DNA of 32,000 bases from Nitratidesulfovibrio vulgaris str. Hildenborough. GTDB taxonomy: Bacteria > Desulfobacterota > Desulfovibrionia > Desulfovibrionales > Desulfovibrionaceae. The DNA lies in NCBI RefSeq assembly GCF_000195755.1, contig NC_002937.3, positions 810,001 through 842,000 on the forward strand, given 5' to 3'. A program made the translations under genes and the position numbers. Positions 26,386-32,000 of the stretch are shown piece after piece (the stretch's first letter is position 1; the number at the start of each line of letters is the position of its first letter). A model generated the notes under the pieces. That model was not told the DNA's origin. It did not search any database and saw only the letters and a program-made list of their open reading frames with translations.

Positions 26386-27020
26386 CGGCTCTTTTCAGTT
26401 TGCGTGGCATCAAGAGGCATTACGGAGGCAGACTCGCCCTCGACATCCCCGCCCTCGACATCCCGGCGGGCCGGTTGCTTGGCGTCTGCGGTCCCAACGG
26501 CAGCGGCAAATCCACATTGCTGCGTCTGCTGGCCATGCTTGAGTCACCTGATTCGGGAGAGGTCCTCTTCGAGGGTGCGCCGACAGGCGACCTGCGCACC
26601 GCCCGGCGGCAGGTGACGTTGCTCTTGCAGGAACCGTATCTGCTGTCGCGGAGTGTGGCGGAGAACGTGGCGTACGGGCTTTCCGTACGGGGCATACGCG
26701 ACGAGGAACGTGTACGCGCCTCGTTGCTCGCCGTGGGGCTTGACCCCGACCTGTTCGGTGAACGCCGTCGCAACGAGCTTTCAGGCGGCGAGGCGCAACG
26801 TGTCGCACTGGCTGCCCGTCTTGCCATCCGGCCGCAAGTGCTGCTCATGGACGAACCCACTGCCAGCGTGGACGAGGAGAGTGCAGGGCGCATAGCCCTC
26901 GCGGCCCGTACGGCGTGCGAACAGGGCACCACCGTCGTGGTCGTATCGCACGACCGGGAATGGCTCGATGCCCTTGCGGATGATCAACTCAGGCTCAAGG
27001 CGGGGCGCATCGTCGCCTGA
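26382..27020 (+). CDS. tupC: tungstate ABC transporter ATP-binding protein
   Basis: This is the in-frame C-terminal 212 aa of ORF 25767..27020, starting MTALFSLRGIKRHYGG. Walker A GPNGSGKST, signature LSGGEAQRV, Walker B LLMDEPTASVD. Confidence 0.85.
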   Translation: MTALFSLRGIKRHYGGRLALDIPALDIPAGRLLGVCGPNGSGKSTLLRLLAMLESPDSGEVLFEGAPTGDLRTARRQVTLLLQEPYLLSRSVAENVAYGLSVRGIRDEERVRASLLAVGLDPDLFGERRRNELSGGEAQRVALAARLAIRPQVLLMDEPTASVDEESAGRIALAARTACEQGTTVVVVSHDREWLDALADDQLRLKAGRIVA

Positions 27021-27052
27021 TGCTACGGGGCATCCGGCTGTTGCCCGCTGCG

Positions 27053-27072
27053 CCCCGATGCACCCCGATGCA
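27053..27072. repeat. perfect tandem duplication of CCCCGATGCA
   Basis: CCCCGATGCA at 27053-27062 and again at 27063-27072, in the 85-nt gap between convergent tupC and acs. Confidence 0.85.
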
Positions 27073-27105
27073 GCCAGTGTCCTGCGGTGCAGGCGGGCTA
27101 CGGCG

Positions 27106-29100
27106 TCAGATATAGGCGTCTTCCAGCGTCGAGAGGTCACCCGTCTCCACGCCCATCTCTTCCGAACGAAGAATACGGCGCATGATCTTGCCGCTGCGGT
27201 TGCGTGGCAGTCCCTCACGGAATACGACATCGCGTATGACGGCCACCGGGCCGAGTTCACGCCGGACATGCCCCACCAGTGACGTGGCTAGGGCCTGCTC
27301 TTCTGCCGCAGCCTCTTCGGTATCGCGCAGAACGACGAACGCCTTGCCCACTTCGCCCTTCAGCCTGTCGGGCACGCCGATGACGGCGCATTCCGCCACG
27401 GCGGGATGCGACGCGAGGGCCGCTTCCATCTCTGCCGTCCCGATACGGTGTCCGGCGATGAGAATGACGTCGTCGGCACGTCCCTGTATCCAGATGTACC
27501 CGTCGTCATCCCGGCGGGCCACGTCACCCGTGCAGTACCATCCGGGAAAGCGCTCCCAGTAAAGCCTGCGGAAGGCCTCATCGTCACCGAAGACACCGCA
27601 TGCCATGGCGGGCCACGGGTTCTTCACCACCAGCAGTCCACCCCTGCCGGGGGGGACGGGGGCACCTTCCCCGTCCACGATATCCACATCCACACCGGGC
27701 AGGGGGCGGGCCACCGAACCGGGTTTCAGGGCCGACACCGGCAGCGGGCTGACCATGATCATGCCCGTCTCCGTCTGCCACCATGTGTCGAGCACCGGGC
27801 AGCGCCCTCGCCCTATGGTGCGGTAGAACCACACCCATGTCTCCGGGCTGATGGGTTCGCCTACGGTAGCCAGAAGCCGTAGCGTGGTGATGTCGTGGCG
27901 CGCGGGGTACAGCGGACCGAATCGCATGAGCATGCGGATGACCGTGGGGACGGTGTACAGGATGGTGACACCCCATCGTTCGACCATGGACCACAGCCTG
28001 CCCGCTTCGGGGTACAGGGGGTGCCCCTCGTAGAGGACGGTGGTGGTGCCCGCCATGAGCGGCCCGTACACGCCGTAGCTATGGCCCGTTATCCAGCCCG
28101 GTTCGGCAGTGCACCAGAAGATGTCGGTGGGCCGCACGTCGAAGACCCAGCGCATGGTGCGGTGTACGCCCACCATGTAGCCGCCGTGACTGTGCACCAG
28201 CCCCTTGGGCTTGCCTGTAGTGCCGGAAGTGTAGAGGACGAACAGCGGGTCGTTGGCGGAGAGGACTTCGGTAAGCGCCTCGGTGGACTGTCCGCGCACG
28301 AGGTCGTGATACCAGATGTCGCGCCCGTCGCGCATGGGGGTCTCGAGGTGGGCGCGATGCACGACCACGACATGATGCAGACCGGCCCGTGCCTCCGGTG
28401 ACAGGGCGTCCACGGCGTCGTCGGCGACGGGTTTGAGCGGTACGACGCGGCCGTTGCGGTAGAATCCGTCAACCGTCAGCAGCAGGGTGGGCCTTGCGTC
28501 TTCGACGCGGTCGCACAGCGAACGGGCCGAGAAGCCACCGAACACCGTGCTGTGTACCGCGCCTATCTTGGCGCAGGCGAGCATGGCGAAGACCGTCTCG
28601 GGCAGGGGGGGCATGTAGATGACCACCCTGTCGCCCTTCGTCACGCCGAGGGAACGCATGGCATTGGCGAGGCGGTTCACCTCACGGTAGAGGTCGAAAT
28701 AGGTGAAACGACGGCTGTCACCCGGTTCGCCTTCCCATATGAGGGCAAGGCGGTGGCGGTTGGATGTCTCGATATGCCGGTCGAGGGCGTTGTGGACGAT
28801 GTTGCACAGCGCACCGGGAAACCAGCGCATGAACGGGGCGTTGCTGTCATCGAGCACACCGTCCCAGCGGCGGAACCATTCCAGCTCTTCGGCGGCCTCT
28901 TCCCAGAAGGCGAGAGGGGCCGTTCCGGCCTGTTCGCGTGCGCGGGCCACGTCCTGAGGGTTGACCACGGCATCGGCGACGACGCGTGGCAGAGGGCGGA
29001 ACACGCGCTCTTCACGCAGCAGCGCATCGAGAGTGGCGGCGGGCGATGCCATGGGCGCGTTCTCCGGTGACGGTGTATCGGAAGCTTTGCGGCGCGTCAT
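27106..29100 (-). CDS. acs: acetyl-CoA synthetase (AMP-forming acetate--CoA ligase)
   Basis: 664 aa. LALIWEGEPGDSRRFTYFDLY, YTSGTTGKPKG, and the C-terminal RSGKIMRRILR are typical of Acs. Its ATG (29100) lies 1 nt after the stop of the LytTR gene. An internal Met 17 start is possible. Confidence 0.88.
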   Translation of the reverse strand: MTRRKASDTPSPENAPMASPAATLDALLREERVFRPLPRVVADAVVNPQDVARAREQAGTAPLAFWEEAAEELEWFRRWDGVLDDSNAPFMRWFPGALCNIVHNALDRHIETSNRHRLALIWEGEPGDSRRFTYFDLYREVNRLANAMRSLGVTKGDRVVIYMPPLPETVFAMLACAKIGAVHSTVFGGFSARSLCDRVEDARPTLLLTVDGFYRNGRVVPLKPVADDAVDALSPEARAGLHHVVVVHRAHLETPMRDGRDIWYHDLVRGQSTEALTEVLSANDPLFVLYTSGTTGKPKGLVHSHGGYMVGVHRTMRWVFDVRPTDIFWCTAEPGWITGHSYGVYGPLMAGTTTVLYEGHPLYPEAGRLWSMVERWGVTILYTVPTVIRMLMRFGPLYPARHDITTLRLLATVGEPISPETWVWFYRTIGRGRCPVLDTWWQTETGMIMVSPLPVSALKPGSVARPLPGVDVDIVDGEGAPVPPGRGGLLVVKNPWPAMACGVFGDDEAFRRLYWERFPGWYCTGDVARRDDDGYIWIQGRADDVILIAGHRIGTAEMEAALASHPAVAECAVIGVPDRLKGEVGKAFVVLRDTEEAAAEEQALATSLVGHVRRELGPVAVIRDVVFREGLPRNRSGKIMRRILRSEEMGVETGDLSTLEDAYI

Positions 29101-29101
29101 G

Positions 29102-30031
29102 CTACAGCCCCAGTATCTGCTTGAGTTCGCCCAGCCTGCGTCGGCTGATGGGCAGTTCTATGCGGGTACGGCCCGCCGTGCGCAGCAGGCAGTTGCCGCC
29201 GCTCACGGCCGCCAGTTCGGTGACCATGTCCAGATTCACCAGATATTTGCGGTGCACACGGAAGAAGCGGTGCGGACGCAGCCGCCCTTCGAGGTTCTTG
29301 AGGCGGTAGCTGGTGAGGTACTTGTCGTCAGCGGTGTGCACGTAGCTGTAGTCCTCATAGGCTTCCACGAAGGCGATTTCGCCGTAGGGGATGAGCAGCG
29401 TCTTGCCGTCGACGCTCACGGCGAGTTTGTCCAGTTCGACTGGCCGGACGCGCTGGCTGTAGTCCACCGCCTCACCCAGTGCGGAGATGAGGGTGTCCTG
29501 TTCGTCCTCTGCAAGGGGAAGCTGCAAGGTCTCGAAGGGAGGGCCCTCTTCCGTGCCGGGCGGGGGCAGGTCGTCCATGGCAGGGGGCGGCAGTTCTTCG
29601 GGGGCCGCTTGCGGTTGTTCGCGCCAGCGCGACCCCGGTGCCGGGGCAAGGCGGAAATGCGTGCGGAATTGTCGCAGTCGCATGAGGGTGCGGTCGAACC
29701 TGTCAGCCGCGCACGGGAAGATGAGATAGTCGGTGGCGTCGAGTTCAAAGGCTTCGAAGGCGCGCGATTCATCGTCGGCGATGAAGATGAGGGCCGGGTG
29801 GTCACGGTTGCCCATGAGTCGTCGTGCCACTTCCATGCCGTCGGGGCCTTCTGCTAGGGAGATGCCGAGAAACACAGCCCCGTAGGGTAGCGCATTGAGC
29901 AGCGCCAAGGCCTCTTCGGCCCCTGCGGCCTCACCGAGGACGCGCAGGAAGTCCACGGGTTCCAGCATGGCACGCAGGCGGTGCCGCAGCATGGGGTCGG
30001 GATGCACCAGGAGCGTTGAAAGGCGTGTCAT
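29102..30031 (-). CDS. LytTR-family DNA-binding regulator with a degenerate (pseudo) receiver domain
   Basis: ORF 29102..30172 (GTG) trimmed to ATG 30031 (MTRLSTLLVHPDPMLRHRL). N-terminal CheY-like fold, Pro/Glu-rich linker, and C-terminal LytTR domain (LIPYGEIAFVEAYEDYSYVHTADDKYLTSYRLKNLEGRL...FFRVHRKYLVNL). Confidence 0.85.
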   Translation of the reverse strand: MTRLSTLLVHPDPMLRHRLRAMLEPVDFLRVLGEAAGAEEALALLNALPYGAVFLGISLAEGPDGMEVARRLMGNRDHPALIFIADDESRAFEAFELDATDYLIFPCAADRFDRTLMRLRQFRTHFRLAPAPGSRWREQPQAAPEELPPPAMDDLPPPGTEEGPPFETLQLPLAEDEQDTLISALGEAVDYSQRVRPVELDKLAVSVDGKTLLIPYGEIAFVEAYEDYSYVHTADDKYLTSYRLKNLEGRLRPHRFFRVHRKYLVNLDMVTELAAVSGGNCLLRTAGRTRIELPISRRRLGELKQILGL

Positions 30032-30097
30032 GCGCAGCCTGCCGTGGGTTGGCGTCAAACGATGCCAGCATGATACATGCACGGGGCCGGGAAGGAA

Positions 30098-30133
30098 AGT
30101 GCGGGAACACCGGCGAACCGGCATTCCCGCACT
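30098..30133 (-). terminator. long perfect hairpin between the MCP and LytTR genes (terminator/attenuator candidate)
   Basis: AGTGCGGGAA (30098-30107) pairs with TTCCCGCACT (30124-30133). An inner CCGG-CGAA-CCGG helix is present. On the minus strand it is followed by TTTCCTTCC. Confidence 0.45.
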
Positions 30134-30321
30134 CTGGCTGCACAGTGGCTGTGCTTGATCCTGCAAGGGCACAGGCGGGCGTTAGCCGCCTTCATGCCTG
30201 CCGCCTCGGCAACCGGGGGCACTGTGCCATGGCCTCGCCGGTGATACAGTGGCGGGGGGGCAGCCCCCATCTGGTGGTCGCACCTTGGGCAGGCTTCTCG
30301 TCTGGCCCGGTGGCCGGTGCG

Positions 30322-32000
30322 TCAGGCGGTGCGCATGGACTTGATGATGTCTCCAAGCCCCGTGGCTTGCCCGCGAAGTCGTTCCAGCTCCTCACGCAGC
30401 CGGGTCATGCCCTCGGCGTTGTCAGCCGCACTGCCGCGTATCTCGTCGGTGGAACGGGCTATCTGCTCACTGGCTGCAGACTGCTGTTCAGCGGCGGTGG
30501 CTATGGCCCGCACCTGGTCGGCGGTCTCGGCAGTCATGCCTACGATGGAACGCAGGGCCTCGCCCGCGCCCGAAGCCAGTTGCGTGGTCTTCTCCACCTC
30601 GGTGGCGGTGGACTGGGCCGTTGCAAGGCTGTGCCGTGCGCTGGTCTGTATGGCGCGGATGAAGTCTTCGACTTCGCGGGTGGCGGTCATGGTCTTTTCG
30701 GCCAGTTTGCGCACTTCGTCGGCCACCACGGCGAAGCCTCGCCCCGCGTCGCCAGCCCGTGCCGTTTCGATGGCGGCGTTGAGTGCCAGCAGGTTGGTCT
30801 GGTCGGCGATGTCGCCGATGACGGCGATGATGCGTCCGATGCCCTCGGCCTGCTTGCCGAGGTCGTCCATGGCCTCGCCAAGGCGGGTCGCGTTGTCGCT
30901 GACGCCTTCGATGGCGTCCAGTGCCTGCATGACGACATCGGCCCCGCGGTCGGCATGGTTGCGCGCCATTTCGGCACTTCCGGCTGCGGCGGCTGCCGAC
31001 CTTGCCACTTCAAGCACCGAGGCGTTCATCTCTTCGACGGCGACGGCGACTTCAGAGGTGCGTTGCTGTTGCGAGACCGCCCGTGTGAGCGATGCCTCGA
31101 CCTCTTCACCGATGCTGCCGGTGGTGGTGTTCAACTCCCGTTCTGTCTTGCCTGCGGCGTCTGCGGCCTCGGCGAGATGGGCGTTATGGCGGTGCAACTG
31201 TTCCTGCTGGTTGCGGAGTGCCGTCAGGTCGAAGCACGAGGTGAGCAGGCCGCGCAGCGAACGGTCCTCGCCCAAGACGGGCGCGACGGTGACGACCTGA
31301 AGGCTGCCGTCTGCGAAGGTCATCTCATCTTCGCGCGTCATGCCATCGTCCTGCGCCCTCTGAAGCAGCGCAAGCAACTCTGATGATGTCACGACCTGTC
31401 GCACGGGCAATCCGCTTTCCGGGGCCGTGGTGGCGCACTTGGCGATGGCTGCGAAGGGCTGGTTCCACCATGTGGCCCTTCCTTCAGCATCCACGAGAAG
31501 GCAGGGCTGCGGCAGCGCGGTCAGTACGCCACGCGCGAAGGCCACACGTTCGCGCAGGTCGTGCACCATGCGCTCAAGCGATTCGACAAGCACCGCCACT
31601 TCTCCGCAGGTATTGCGCAGCATCAGCGGAGTGTGGTCGCCCGCCGCGACCCTGCTGGCGTAGGCGGTGACAGCCGAAAGAGGACGCACGATGGAACGTG
31701 TGATGAAGAGGGCAAGAACGGCGAGAACCAGCGTGATGCTGCCCGCCAGCCACATGGCTGTCGTGCGGGCGCTGTCCAGTTCGTCACCGAAGGCGGTGTT
31801 GGCCGTTTCGAAATGGGCGTCCTTGCTCTCGACGATGCGGTTGAAGGTGCGGCGTGAGGCCTCGGCCAGCGGTGTCGCCTCCTTCTCGTAGGCCGGGTAG
31901 TGCGTGTGCCGTTCCGTATCAGGAACAGCGGCAAGGCGCTCGACAAAGGCGAGTCCACTCTCGGCGAAGGCGAGGGTCGAGCGTTCCGCCTCGGCGATGA
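30322..32000 (-). CDS. methyl-accepting chemotaxis protein, N-terminus beyond the right edge
   Basis: The track lists 30322..31755, but I read the frame codon by codon to position 32000 and found no stop. The upstream part is a periplasmic-sensor-like helical region, followed by TM ([17 protein letters not shown]), HAMP, a PAS-like module, and the MCP signalling hairpin [40 protein letters not shown]. Confidence 0.9.
   Translation of the reverse strand, partial: IAEAERSTLAFAESGLAFVERLAAVPDTERHTHYPAYEKEATPLAEASRRTFNRIVESKDAHFETANTAFGDELDSARTTAMWLAGSITLVLAVLALFITRSIVRPLSAVTAYASRVAAGDHTPLMLRNTCGEVAVLVESLERMVHDLRERVAFARGVLTALPQPCLLVDAEGRATWWNQPFAAIAKCATTAPESGLPVRQVVTSSELLALLQRAQDDGMTREDEMTFADGSLQVVTVAPVLGEDRSLRGLLTSCFDLTALRNQQEQLHRHNAHLAEAADAAGKTERELNTTTGSIGEEVEASLTRAVSQQQRTSEVAVAVEEMNASVLEVARSAAAAAGSAEMARNHADRGADVVMQALDAIEGVSDNATRLGEAMDDLGKQAEGIGRIIAVIGDIADQTNLLALNAAIETARAGDAGRGFAVVADEVRKLAEKTMTATREVEDFIRAIQTSARHSLATAQSTATEVEKTTQLASGAGEALRSIVGMTAETADQVRAIATAAEQQSAASEQIARSTDEIRGSAADNAEGMTRLREELERLRGQATGLGDIIKSMRTA

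Noticed and set aside
30016-31383. 455-aa plus ORF antisense to the MCP gene (and 30317..31300 plus)
   Set aside because: The minus strand encodes the unmistakable MCP signalling hairpin. The plus-frame products are Gly/Ala/Arg/Ser low-complexity.

Overview
This is a high-GC, densely coding bacterial chromosomal segment. I can support 24 protein genes. I found no rRNA, tRNA, CRISPR array, transposase, integrase or recognisable defence gene. Left to right the genes are: a DUF255/YyaL thioredoxin-fold gene (edge-truncated), tgt, a DUF2459-type membrane protein, an orphan small ORF, a DUF1848 Fe-S protein coupled to a glutamine-amidotransferase-like (BPL_N-like) protein, valS, a Cys-rich DUF3795 protein, fused cobA/hemD, a MOSC protein, purN, a membrane sensor kinase coupled to a LivJ-type binding protein, AMMECR1, an MFS transporter, a small secreted protein, a tandem-USP protein, a cytoplasmic multi-PAS kinase, a sigma54 enhancer-binding response regulator, tupABC-like tungstate transport genes, acs, a LytTR regulator, and an MCP (edge-truncated). 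This content and order resemble what I remember of Desulfovibrio (Nitratidesulfovibrio) vulgaris-type sulfate reducers, but that assignment is from memory and unverified. The ORF track uses alternative start codons and is full of long antisense or out-of-frame shadow ORFs, as expected for GC-rich DNA. I trimmed several N-termini using RBS position and family-typical N-termini. I also added one gene the track missed (1-470, minus strand) and extended the MCP to the right edge. No clearly novel multi-gene system stands out. The observations most worth a second look are: (1) a LytTR regulator whose receiver domain has lost four of five phosphorylation residues and whose stop lies 1 nt before acs; (2) an MFS / secreted protein / USP / PAS-kinase / REC-PAS-AAA+ gene string abutting tupABC, with no sigma54 promoter that I can see; (3) a 461-bp structured gap inside tupABC and a roughly 670-bp gene-free gap upstream of the MOSC gene, both plausible sites for molybdenum/tungsten-cofactor sensing RNA; (4) a translationally coupled GATase-like/DUF1848 pair; (5) an orphan binding protein overlapping a sensor kinase; (6) a 34% G+C island with a perfect palindrome next to an orphan ORF. 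All functional interpretations are inference from sequence reading only.
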